From: Candidatus Nanoarchaeia archaeon
GTDB taxonomy: Archaea > Nanobdellota > Nanobdellia > Woesearchaeales > GW2011-AR4
Direction of reading: 5' to 3'
DNA: 64,000 nucleotides
NCBI GenBank assembly: GCA_035288865.1
Contig: DATDZA010000026.1
Coordinates: forward strand, 4,534 to 68,533
Position 1 is the stretch's first letter; every line of letters begins with the position of its first letter. The position numbers and the translations under genes were made by a program. The notes beneath the pieces were generated by a model that did not search any database, had not been told where the DNA came from, and saw only the letters and a list, made by a program, of their open reading frames with translations. Below, piece by piece: positions 9,647 to 18,003 of the stretch.

Positions 9647-9657
9647 TCTATATAAAT
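9647..9657 (-). promoter_or_regulatory. TATA-like box (minus strand ATTTATATAG) about 25-30 nt upstream of the glycogen synthase ATG
   Basis: Read on the reverse complement. The spacing implies a very short leader. Confidence 0.3.
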
Positions 9658-9835
9658 CTTTGATACTACTCGAAAGGAAAAATATATTGAATCCTATTCT
9701 GTTTATACTAAACTTCCCAATATTGTTGTTACGTAATTTTTGAGTTGGTCTATTTCGAATTGAGCAAGAATTATTATTAATTCTAGAGATAATAAAATCA
9801 ATATATATTAAAAAGAAAGAACGATTTCTAACTTT

Positions 9836-10132
9836 ATGGTAGCCTATAATATATACCCATTTTTAGAATATAATAAATACATAGGTAAACCATTATATAA
9901 ATTTTCAAAAAAACATTTTGGACGTTCAATTTTAATGGCGCTTAATGCAGCTGACCTTCCACCTTCTTTAGCATGGGGACTCACCTATTATGACGTAACT
10001 CAAAATTTAAGACAAGCATTATTTGTTTTTGCAGCTCACCAATTAGTAATACCCCTAGCTTTATTAGGAATCCATAATTTAAAGGTTAGAGAAAGAAACC
10101 AAAACACTTTAGAAAAAATGATAGAAAATTAA
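9836..10132 (+). CDS. hypothetical protein, 98 aa
   Basis: ORF only. A hairpin TTGATTC-ACGCC-GAATCAA at 10146..10164 follows it. Confidence 0.3.
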   Translation: MVAYNIYPFLEYNKYIGKPLYKFSKKHFGRSILMALNAADLPPSLAWGLTYYDVTQNLRQALFVFAAHQLVIPLALLGIHNLKVRERNQNTLEKMIEN

Positions 10133-10341
10133 ATAATTCTTGTCCTTGATTCACGCCGAATCAAAAACTTACCTTTCAACAATCACGTTGCATTTTCACA
10201 TTCGCTCGAAGTATTTAACAGGAATTCATTAAAATGCATTGAACACGTTACTATCCTGCACCATTTTTTTATCAAATCATCAAATCAAAACTTATTTATA
10301 CCTGTTCTATCCAGAATAGTTATAACCTAGTATTATACTGG

Positions 10342-10689
10342 TTGTATCATTGTATTAAAAATTATATTAAAAGTGGTGGTGTTGAAATTAGTGATATACA
10401 AAAGAGAACTTTTATAGAGATAAGAAAATTAATTCTTCTGTCGCTTGCATCGGGCCAGAAAACAATAAACCAGATTGCGGGCGAGACTCAGATTAATTGG
10501 AAAACTGTTGATAATCACCTTGTTCATCTTCTCGGAAAAAGCCTTGTGAGGGAGGCATTCAGCTCTTCTTACGTCAGGATTTTTGAACTGACCGCTTTTG
10601 GAAAAGATTACCTGAGAAAAAATCACGGCAAGAACCTGAGAATTTCAGACAAAAAATTAGTGAATGTTAATGGCGGTGTCTTAACATGA
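10342..10689 (+). CDS. winged-helix (ArsR/MarR-like) transcriptional regulator
   Basis: KTINQIAGETQINWKTVDNHLVHLLGKSLV resembles an HTH recognition segment. Its stop overlaps the downstream glycosyltransferase start (ATGA). Confidence 0.5.
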   Translation: MYHCIKNYIKSGGVEISDIQKRTFIEIRKLILLSLASGQKTINQIAGETQINWKTVDNHLVHLLGKSLVREAFSSSYVRIFELTAFGKDYLRKNHGKNLRISDKKLVNVNGGVLT

Positions 10690-11897
10690 AAGTCCTGATG
10701 TTCGGCTGGGAATTTCCGCCATTGAGCAGCGGGGGCTTGGGAACTGCATGCTACGGATTAACTAAAAGTCTGAGCGGGAAAGGAGTTGAAATAACTTTTG
10801 TATTACCGTCGGCCGCAGATATAACTGATGCTGATTTTATAAAATTCAGGTCTGCAAATGAAATTGTGAACCTTAAAATCAGAAAAATACCGTCAACTCT
10901 AAGGCCTTACATTACTTCAGAAAATTATTCCAGGTATATGTCGCAAAAGTCCGGCAGGATCGCAAAAATTTACGGCTCAACATTACTTGATGAAGTCTAC
11001 AGGTACACACTCGCAGCAGAAAAAATTGCCGAAGAGGAAGATTTTGATATTATCCACTGCCATGACTGGATGACTTTCGGCGCAGGCATCGGTGCAAAAA
11101 GAAAAAAGAACAGGCCGTTGGTGCTTCACGTTCATTCAACCGAGCACGACAGGACCGGCGGCCACTCGGTTAACCAGCACGTTTATGATTTGGAAAGGAA
11201 AGGGCTGCAAAAGGCGGACAAGATTATTGCTGTCAGCAATTTTACAAAAGACAGGATAATGAAGCACTACAGTGTGCCTTCGGGAAAAATTGCAGTCGTG
11301 CATAATGCAGTTGATTTCTCGCAAAATTACTATGAAGAGCAAATGCATCTTAAAGGAAGCGACAGGATTGTTTTGTTTTTGGGAAGGCTCACCCTGCAGA
11401 AGGGTCCGGATTATTTTGTCTATGCCGCAAAAAAAATCTTGGAGCACGAAAAAAATGTAAAATTCATAATTGCAGGCACTGGTGACATGGAGCCTTTTGT
11501 GATTGAGAAAGCCGCCGAGCTCGGGATATCAAGCAAAATAATGTTTGCAGGCTTCCTGAGCCCTGAAGACGTTGAAAAAGCATACAAGACTGCGGATATT
11601 TATGTAATGCCCAGCGTTTCTGAGCCTTTCGGAATTACAGCCCTCGAAGCAATGAAAAATAAGACAGCGGCAATAGTCTCGAAGCAAAGCGGAGTTTCAG
11701 AAGTTATAAACCACTGCCTTAAGGCGGATTTTTGGGATGTAGATGAATTAAGCAACCAGATTATTTCAGTTTTGCGCTATGACCCACTTCAGGATGCACT
11801 CAAGGAAAATGGGTATTTAGAATCCAGGAAATTTAATTGGGACACTCCGGCAGATAAATGCATTGATGTTTACAATCAATTGATTAATAAAGGTTAA
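10686..11897 (+). CDS. GT4/GT5 glycosyltransferase, glycogen(starch)-synthase-like
   Basis: N-terminal MKVLMFGWEFPPLSSGGLGTACYGL (K-x-GGL-like motif). C-terminal SEPFGITALEAM (E-x7-E region). Confidence 0.7.
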   Translation: MKVLMFGWEFPPLSSGGLGTACYGLTKSLSGKGVEITFVLPSAADITDADFIKFRSANEIVNLKIRKIPSTLRPYITSENYSRYMSQKSGRIAKIYGSTLLDEVYRYTLAAEKIAEEEDFDIIHCHDWMTFGAGIGAKRKKNRPLVLHVHSTEHDRTGGHSVNQHVYDLERKGLQKADKIIAVSNFTKDRIMKHYSVPSGKIAVVHNAVDFSQNYYEEQMHLKGSDRIVLFLGRLTLQKGPDYFVYAAKKILEHEKNVKFIIAGTGDMEPFVIEKAAELGISSKIMFAGFLSPEDVEKAYKTADIYVMPSVSEPFGITALEAMKNKTAAIVSKQSGVSEVINHCLKADFWDVDELSNQIISVLRYDPLQDALKENGYLESRKFNWDTPADKCIDVYNQLINKG

Positions 11898-11952
11898 ATA
11901 AAAGAAATATTAAATAGAAGTTATAAAATAATTATTTATCGGGCGGTTTAAT

Positions 11953-12618
11953 ATGAAAATGTTTTCAATTTTAGTATTATTGGTATCTGTAGCTCTATGT
12001 TTAGTTTTTGTTAAAGCACAGACTAATAATACGGTGCCATATTTAGATCCAAAAATCTTAGAAGAATTTAACAAAGCTTCTGAAGTTAGAGTTATTGTTA
12101 AAGTAATAGACACTACCGGTATTACTGTAACAAGTAAAGATTCTCAAGAAGAACAAGCTATAAAAGATTCAAAGAAACAAGAAACTTTAGGAAGAAAAAC
12201 AGATTTGGTATTGTCTAGATTACCTGAATCAGAGTTCAAATTAAAAGGAATATTTTTATGGAGAGATGGTTTTTATGGATATATTACTAAACCAGGTTTA
12301 GATATTTTAATGAACAATTCCGATGTTGGGGCGATTTATTTGGATGGAATAGCTTCTGTAGGTGGTCCCTCTTTTGTAATTATTAATAATCGCAATAACA
12401 CAAATGAAAGTACGGAACAAGAAGAACTAAAGCTAAAAATAATTGAAAATGAAACACCATTAAAAAATGTTTCAAGTGACAAAAATCAAAAATCAAATTT
12501 AACAATGCCTCAAAAAAATGCAGAACAAGAACTAAAAAAAGAAACGAAGCATATTTCAATATTTTCTAAATTCATTAATTTTTTAAAATCTTTTTTGTTT
12601 CATAGCAATCAAAAATAA
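11953..12618 (+). CDS. hypothetical secreted protein
   Basis: Signal peptide MKMFSILVLLVSVALCLVFVKAQ. Lys/Glu/Asn-rich C-terminal half. Confidence 0.5.
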   Translation: MKMFSILVLLVSVALCLVFVKAQTNNTVPYLDPKILEEFNKASEVRVIVKVIDTTGITVTSKDSQEEQAIKDSKKQETLGRKTDLVLSRLPESEFKLKGIFLWRDGFYGYITKPGLDILMNNSDVGAIYLDGIASVGGPSFVIINNRNNTNESTEQEELKLKIIENETPLKNVSSDKNQKSNLTMPQKNAEQELKKETKHISIFSKFINFLKSFLFHSNQK

Positions 12619-12661
12619 AGTTGAACATTAAATAAACAAATAATCAAATAAAACAACAAAA

Positions 12662-13867
12662 ATGGTAAGCGTGTGTTTTTATTTCCAGGTGCATCAGCCA
12701 ATTCGCCTTAGAAAGTATTCTATTTTTGAGATTGGAAAGCATGCTAATTATTTTGACGACCAGAAAAATGAAGCTATTATTAAAAAGATAGCGGGCAAAT
12801 GCTATCTGCCTGCCAATAAAATAATCCTGGACTTAATAAATAAAACTGGCGGGAAGTTTAAAGTTTCTTACAGCATGAGTGGGGTTGTGCTTGAAGAGCT
12901 GGAAAGGTTTGCGCCGGAAGTTATTGGCAGTTTCAAAAAGCTTGTCGATACTGGGAATGTTGAAATTCTGGATGAGACTTATCATCACACTTTGTCATGC
13001 CTTTATTCACAAGATGAGTTTAAGGAGCAAATTCAGCTGCATAATAAAAAAGTGAAGCAATTGTTTAATTACAAGCCAAAAGTTTTCAGAAACACTGAGC
13101 TGATTTACAATAACGGCATTGCAAAAACGGCTGAAGACATGGGCTACAAGGCAGTTCTTGCGGAGGGTGCGGACCATATTTTGCAGTGGAGAAGCCCAAA
13201 TTTTGTCTATAGGCCGAAAGGAACTTCCAAAATAAAACTGCTCCTGAAAAACTACAGGCTTTCCGATGATATTGCATTCCGATTTTCGGAAAAGAGCTGG
13301 AAAGAATTTCCGCTGACTGCGCCAAAATTTGCAGGCTGGATCAACAAAATCAACGGCAACGGAAATGTCGTCAATCTATTCATGGATTATGAGACTTTTG
13401 GCGAGCACCAGTGGGAAGACAAGGGGATTTTTGAATTTTTAAAGCATCTGCCGCACGAAATATTAAAACACCCAGATAATGATTTTGTGACACCGAGCGA
13501 AGCAGTAAAAAAATATAATGGTGTTGCTGAGCTTGATTATCCTAATTATGTAAGCTGGGCAGATGTTGAAAGGGACCTGAGCGCCTGGACTGGCAACAAA
13601 ATGCAGCAGGAAGCTATGAAAGAAATTTATAATCTTGAGCCGCATGTAAAATTGTCAAAAAATTCAGCGTTGCTGGACCAGTGGAGAAAACTGCAGACAA
13701 GCGATCATTTTTATTACATGTGCACAAAATGGTTCAATGACGGCGATGTGCATAAATATTTTAATCCTTATGACAGCCCATATGAAGCTTTCATAACGTA
13801 TATGAACGTATTAAATGATTTCAGGATGAAAGCGAATAAATTAGGCGAGATCGTGGTAGGGGATTGA
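12662..13867 (+). CDS. glycoside hydrolase family 57 protein (alpha-amylase / alpha-glucan-active)
   Basis: VCFYFQVHQPIRL and FMDYETFGEHQW blocks are characteristic of GH57. Confidence 0.85.
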   Translation: MVSVCFYFQVHQPIRLRKYSIFEIGKHANYFDDQKNEAIIKKIAGKCYLPANKIILDLINKTGGKFKVSYSMSGVVLEELERFAPEVIGSFKKLVDTGNVEILDETYHHTLSCLYSQDEFKEQIQLHNKKVKQLFNYKPKVFRNTELIYNNGIAKTAEDMGYKAVLAEGADHILQWRSPNFVYRPKGTSKIKLLLKNYRLSDDIAFRFSEKSWKEFPLTAPKFAGWINKINGNGNVVNLFMDYETFGEHQWEDKGIFEFLKHLPHEILKHPDNDFVTPSEAVKKYNGVAELDYPNYVSWADVERDLSAWTGNKMQQEAMKEIYNLEPHVKLSKNSALLDQWRKLQTSDHFYYMCTKWFNDGDVHKYFNPYDSPYEAFITYMNVLNDFRMKANKLGEIVVGD

Positions 13868-13868
13868 G

Positions 13869-14120
13869 ATGAAAATAAACTATAAGAATTTCAAAGCTTA
13901 TAAGAGAGCCGTTCAGGAGCAAAATCCAAATAAAATTTTGTTGAGAATTAAACTATTATCCGTTGTGTTTTTTATTATGGGCGTATACCTTTATTTCATT
14001 AACAGAATAGATATGTCTATCGCAATTTTTATTGGGGGAATGGCTGGGATTGTAGTAGGTGTTTTTTATTATAGGTTAGTTAAATCCGATAAAATAACAT
14101 TTGGTTATCGAAAACCGTAA
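13869..14120 (+). CDS. small membrane protein (83 aa, 2 TM)
   Basis: Its start is 1 nt after the GH57 stop. Two hydrophobic helices. Confidence 0.45.
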   Translation: MKINYKNFKAYKRAVQEQNPNKILLRIKLLSVVFFIMGVYLYFINRIDMSIAIFIGGMAGIVVGVFYYRLVKSDKITFGYRKP

Positions 14121-14165
14121 AATTTCGAAAATGTATCGATTTCGGTGCTTTTCGTGATTGAAATT

Positions 14166-14181
14166 CCGAAAAGTATAAATA
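14166..14181 (+). promoter_or_regulatory. BRE/TATA-like box (CCGAAAA-GTATAAATA)
   Basis: Lies 35-50 nt upstream of the GTG start at 14216, which has an AGGTGA SD at 14206..14211. Confidence 0.35.
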
Positions 14182-14215
14182 CCTAAAATAAAAGAATATA
14201 CTTTCAGGTGATTTA

Positions 14216-14566
14216 GTGGTTAAAAAAAGAGGAAGTAAGGGCAGAAGCAGCGCTGGTTCTAAAAAACAGCTTCAGTCAATTGAAGTTATAATCAGAAAAA
14301 AGATTCTTGGAGAGGCTCCAGTAGAACAGCATTTCGTTGTTGCTGACGGGAAAAAACTCAAGAACATTGTGGAGCTTGCAGACGCCCTTGAGACAATGAG
14401 TGAGGAGATTTTCAGGCATCATGCGAATGAATTTAGGAATGATTTCAGTTCATGGGTCAAGGACGTTTTTTACGACCACAGCCTAGCTGAAGACATTACA
14501 AGGTCAAAAAATAAGTTTGAAACGCAGATTGTTATTCTGCGAAGGCTCGTCAAGGAGCTGATGTGA
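14216..14566 (+). CDS. conserved-looking small protein, tandem paralog 1 (116 aa)
   Basis: Shares AP(V/A)EQ-F-x3-DG-x2-LKNI-x-ELA-x12-H-HAN-x4-NDFS-x-W with 14563..14868. Confidence 0.55.
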   Translation: MVKKRGSKGRSSAGSKKQLQSIEVIIRKKILGEAPVEQHFVVADGKKLKNIVELADALETMSEEIFRHHANEFRNDFSSWVKDVFYDHSLAEDITRSKNKFETQIVILRRLVKELM

Positions 14567-14868
14567 TAATGGTAACAAAGGAAGAGGCAATAAAATATTT
14601 GTCAGACGCTCCGGCAGAGCAGTGTTTTTGGGCCAATGACGGGCACGTTTTGAAAAATATATCCGAATTAGCCGGCGCCTTTTTGCAGATGAATAAGGAT
14701 ATTTATTCGTACCATGCCAACAAAGAAAAAAATGATTTCAGCAAATGGATTGGCGACATTATAGGTGACAAGAAGCTTGCAAATGATTTATTGAGTTCCA
14801 AGACAAAAGATTCCGCAGTAAAGAAATTAAACTCAAGACTGGCATTGCTGAAAAAGAAAGCAGAATGA
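14563..14868 (+). CDS. conserved-looking small protein, tandem paralog 2 (101 aa)
   Basis: Overlaps the upstream paralog by 4 nt. Same motif set. The start could be the ATG at 14569. Confidence 0.55.
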   Translation: MIMVTKEEAIKYLSDAPAEQCFWANDGHVLKNISELAGAFLQMNKDIYSYHANKEKNDFSKWIGDIIGDKKLANDLLSSKTKDSAVKKLNSRLALLKKKAE

Positions 14869-14952
14869 TTATTTTTTATTCTTTGATGGCTTGACAAATC
14901 AGCTAGATCAAAACTCGTTAATTTTCAAATACACATCCGAAATGCTTAAGCT

Positions 14953-14969
14953 TTCGATAAATTTAAAAA
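14953..14969 (+). promoter_or_regulatory. BRE/TATA-like box (TTCGATAAATTTAAAAA) for the zinc-ribbon/rpoK/rps17e unit
   Basis: Read directly, about 70 nt upstream of the ATG at 15037. Confidence 0.3.
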
Positions 14970-15036
14970 GAGTGTGATTTTCTGGAATGAAAAGAGCTAG
15001 CAACTATATTTAGGCATACCTAGAGGTGTTAAAAAG

Positions 15037-15153
15037 ATGGATTACGGTGAACAGAAAGAATGCCCGGGTTGCGGTACTATTATTGAAGAGGGGGAAGTTG
15101 AATGCCCTTCTTGCGGCGAAAGTTTTATGGATAATGATGACGAAGTGCATTAA
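15037..15153 (+). CDS. mini zinc-ribbon protein, 38 aa (MDYGEQKECPGCGTIIEEGEVECPSCGESFMDNDDEVH); absent from the ORF track
   Basis: My own translation. CxxC-x12-CxxC. Strong SD (GAGGTG) 9 nt upstream. The minus-strand ORF 15010..15270 covering it looks spurious. Confidence 0.5.
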   Translation: MDYGEQKECPGCGTIIEEGEVECPSCGESFMDNDDEVH

Positions 15154-15243
15154 ATCTTTATCGGGGTGAGCATCTTGAGAAACTTTTTTGAAGATGATGA
15201 CGATGACGATGATAGTGGTGGGGACGAAGACTGGTAAGTAACA

Positions 15244-15492
15244 ATGGAAGAATTCACAAAATATGAGCACGCACGGATTATCGGCGCTAGGGCGCTGCAG
15301 ATTTCTATGGGCGCGCCGTTCATGGTAAAATTAACTGATGAGGATTTAAAGAAAATGAGTTATAATCCTGTCGAAATAGCAAAGCTTGAATTCAGCAAGG
15401 GGTTAATACCTATTTCTGTGAAGAGGCCAATGCCCGGCGCTATGAAAAAAGAGAACACCAATAAGCCGTTCGACCAGACGAAATTGGAGTAA
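15244..15492 (+). CDS. rpoK: DNA-directed RNA polymerase subunit K (Rpo6)
   Basis: [22 protein letters not shown] is the signature RpoK/Rpb6 block. Confidence 0.9.
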   Translation: MEEFTKYEHARIIGARALQISMGAPFMVKLTDEDLKKMSYNPVEIAKLEFSKGLIPISVKRPMPGAMKKENTNKPFDQTKLE

Positions 15493-15494
15493 AT

Positions 15495-15743
15495 ATGGGG
15501 AGGATAAAAACAAAACTGGTCAAGGGAATTGCAAAGAGGCTAATTAAGGAGCACGGTTCTGAGTTTACTTCTGAGTTCGATAAGAACAAAGCTTTTGTCA
15601 ATAAATATACAAATGTGGTTTCTCCAAAGATGAGGAATATAATTGCAGGGTACACATCAAGACTCGTAAAGCAAAGAACGATCGCAGAGAAAGAGCCAAG
15701 AAGAAGGCTGCATGAAGAGGATTTAAGCAAGTTCTATCAGTAG
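15495..15743 (+). CDS. rps17e: 30S ribosomal protein S17e
   Basis: MGRIKTKLVKGIAKRL...FDKNK...MRNIIAGYTSRLVK matches the eS17 pattern. Confidence 0.9.
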   Translation: MGRIKTKLVKGIAKRLIKEHGSEFTSEFDKNKAFVNKYTNVVSPKMRNIIAGYTSRLVKQRTIAEKEPRRRLHEEDLSKFYQ

Positions 15744-15761
15744 AGTTTTTATTCTATGGTT

Positions 15762-16946
15762 CTATAATGAAATTGGCTGTCTTGATCTTGAAGAGTTTAT
15801 GTGAAGTTGATTAAACAATTCAACAAAACTTTGAATATCTTTAGCTAACACAAGGTCAGTTGAGAATTTTTCAAAAGATGAGTGAGCGATTTGAACTTTG
15901 GGATGACCCTCAACAATTTCAGGCCTGAAGTACCCTTTTAATGTAAATCGAGTTATATTATCCAGATAGTAAGATAATAAATTAGTTTGGCTCCCATCGT
16001 TGGATAGTTTTACACCAAAGTGACCTATTAATTTTTCCAAGTAAATCTGCATGCTGGTTAAATACATAAACATGTCAAATCCTCTATAATTGCTTGCATA
16101 TTCCCGTTGAGATATGTCTACAATGCTTCCCAGATCAGTTATAAAAAGAGTGGTCCTATGGTTATCTTTTATCAAGCTCATATTTCCAATGTGCGGGTCC
16201 ATATAGGCCAGTTGCTTACCGTGTAAGTTTCTTAGCGTGCCTCCGACAAAATAGGATATCTCGCGTAAATATCTGACAAAATTATCATGATTTGAGTAAG
16301 CAAATTTATTAATTAATTGGCTTGGAAGCCTATTGACTGTTGGAACCCGATAAACTTGAAACTGCAGTTCAGTTCTATTATCATCGAGCATATGTGGAAA
16401 ATATCCCTCGGCGACAAGTATGGGAACCACAAAGCTTGTGCGTTTTCCTTTTTCATGAAGGCTGCTTACGGTCCTTTCTAGAATATTAGAATATCGGGCT
16501 CGATTTTCTGCTTCAGCATCGTCCATACCATGAAGAGGCACATATTGCCTGTATGTGGGTACAAATTTTCCATTTCCATTTACATGCCATAGTTGTGAAT
16601 TATGCTTAAGCAGATCTGCATGATTAGATGGGTCTACAGGAAATACTTCCATATCGTTTGGAATTTCCACAATCCCAGTTTGGACGAAAAAAGTATTGCC
16701 TCCAGCACCAATTAATTGAAGGCTGCTATATTCTCCTAATATTGCATCTTCCAGAGTTGATTTTCGCGTGGGACTATGAAATATTATACTTCTCCCGGCG
16801 ACTCCAAAAATGCGAGATGCCCAATCATCAGGATGGTTCCAATTCACAACTGAAGAAATCATTTCATGCTCTAGACTGTCAAGTTGGCTTGATGAAATAA
16901 CTGCTTGCTGGCCAAGTCCTTTTGGACTAAAAATATATCTTGTCAT
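15762..16946 (-). CDS. hypothetical protein, 394 aa, possibly protein-kinase-like fold
   Basis: LAYMDPHIGNMSLI...LFITDLGS resembles the catalytic-loop (HxxN) and DFG-like (DLG) spacing of atypical kinases. The match is weak. Composition differs from neighbours. Confidence 0.45.
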   Translation of the reverse strand: MTRYIFSPKGLGQQAVISSSQLDSLEHEMISSVVNWNHPDDWASRIFGVAGRSIIFHSPTRKSTLEDAILGEYSSLQLIGAGGNTFFVQTGIVEIPNDMEVFPVDPSNHADLLKHNSQLWHVNGNGKFVPTYRQYVPLHGMDDAEAENRARYSNILERTVSSLHEKGKRTSFVVPILVAEGYFPHMLDDNRTELQFQVYRVPTVNRLPSQLINKFAYSNHDNFVRYLREISYFVGGTLRNLHGKQLAYMDPHIGNMSLIKDNHRTTLFITDLGSIVDISQREYASNYRGFDMFMYLTSMQIYLEKLIGHFGVKLSNDGSQTNLLSYYLDNITRFTLKGYFRPEIVEGHPKVQIAHSSFEKFSTDLVLAKDIQSFVELFNQLHINSSRSRQPISL

Positions 16947-17013
16947 TTGAAAATAGCAAAGTATTTTAATTTAAAAACCTTTGTATTATTCCTATTTAGA
17001 AGTAGTTACAATT

Positions 17014-17496
17014 TTATTTCCTAAACTTCTCCTTTAATTTCTTGTCAACAATTTCCGGCACAAATCCTTTCACAGAGCCGTTAAACATCGCGATTTCCTT
17101 GACGATGCTTGAGCTGATAAAAGAGTAATCATCTTTGGTCATCAGGAAGATTGTTTCAATGTCTTTTTCCATTTCTCTTCCTATTAAAGCCCTTGAAAAT
17201 TCATATTCAAAATCAGAAATCGCCCTTAGCCCGCGCACAATTACATTTGACTTTTTGCTTTTAACATAATTTAATAATAATCCGTCAAAATATTCGACTT
17301 CAAACTTTCCTTTGTGTATTTTTAGCGCTTCCTTCAGCATTTCAACCCTGTCTTTTGCAGAGAATGTTGACGCTTTCTGCGGGTTGTCTGCAACAACTAT
17401 ATACAGCATGTCAAATAATTTCAGCGCCCTTTCAATTACATCAAGGTGCCCGTTTGTGACCGGGTCAAAAGTTCCGGGATAAACTGCGGATTTCAT
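17014..17496 (-). CDS. coaD: phosphopantetheine adenylyltransferase, bacterial CoaD type
   Basis: AVYPGTFDPVTNGHLDVIERA, VRGLRAISDFEYE and YSFISSSIVKE blocks. 160 aa. Confidence 0.9.
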   Translation of the reverse strand: MKSAVYPGTFDPVTNGHLDVIERALKLFDMLYIVVADNPQKASTFSAKDRVEMLKEALKIHKGKFEVEYFDGLLLNYVKSKKSNVIVRGLRAISDFEYEFSRALIGREMEKDIETIFLMTKDDYSFISSSIVKEIAMFNGSVKGFVPEIVDKKLKEKFRK

Positions 17497-17550
17497 ATTA
17501 ACGTTGGTTTTCTCATGGTTATTTAAATTTTATTGATTCAAGTAAATAAA

Positions 17551-17568
17551 AGAAGAAATATTTATATT
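17551..17568 (+). promoter_or_regulatory. TATA-like box (AGAAGAAATATTTATATT) about 25-30 nt before the ATG at 17591
   Basis: The spacing suggests a leaderless or near-leaderless transcript. Confidence 0.3.
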
Positions 17569-17590
17569 ATTTCACTAATAGCCAGCAATT

Positions 17591-18001
17591 ATGGGGGAAA
17601 TAAGACTAAGCGGCAGAAGCCTTTCAAGATATGCTCAAGAAGCCAACGGAATTGCAACACGCGTCAGCGATCCCGATGCAGAACTGTTTTTTGTACTTTT
17701 AGAGGGTCCTGATGGAAAAGGTTATTTGCGATGTGATACCGGCCCAACCCACAACCAAACTTACTCAAGGCTGGTAGAGCTAGTAAAAAAATTTGGTTTA
17801 GACTCATCAAAATTTGAAAATATGGGGGGTGGTAAAGTGTCGATTTACAGAGAACGCGGGAATATAAACCTTTTGTTCCATGGAACTGCATATAGGTTGG
17901 GAAAATACGACAGGCAATTTTTGGAAAGAACTGTTAATGAACTATTAGATTCTAAAATATTTATTCCCCATTATGAAAGCATGTCAATACATCACGGATA
18001 G
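17591..18001 (+). CDS. hypothetical protein, 136 aa; paralog of 13..414
   Basis: Shared blocks with 13..414 (see that entry). No family recognised. Confidence 0.5.
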   Translation: MGEIRLSGRSLSRYAQEANGIATRVSDPDAELFFVLLEGPDGKGYLRCDTGPTHNQTYSRLVELVKKFGLDSSKFENMGGGKVSIYRERGNINLLFHGTAYRLGKYDRQFLERTVNELLDSKIFIPHYESMSIHHG

Positions 18002-18003
18002 CT

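Noticed and set aside
15151-15153. An in-frame TAA, considered as evidence for stop-codon reassignment (an alternative genetic code).
   Set aside because: TAA, TAG and TGA each terminate well-conserved genes at the expected lengths in this window. Examples are ftsZ and rpoK (TAA), rps17e (TAG) and GH57 (TGA).
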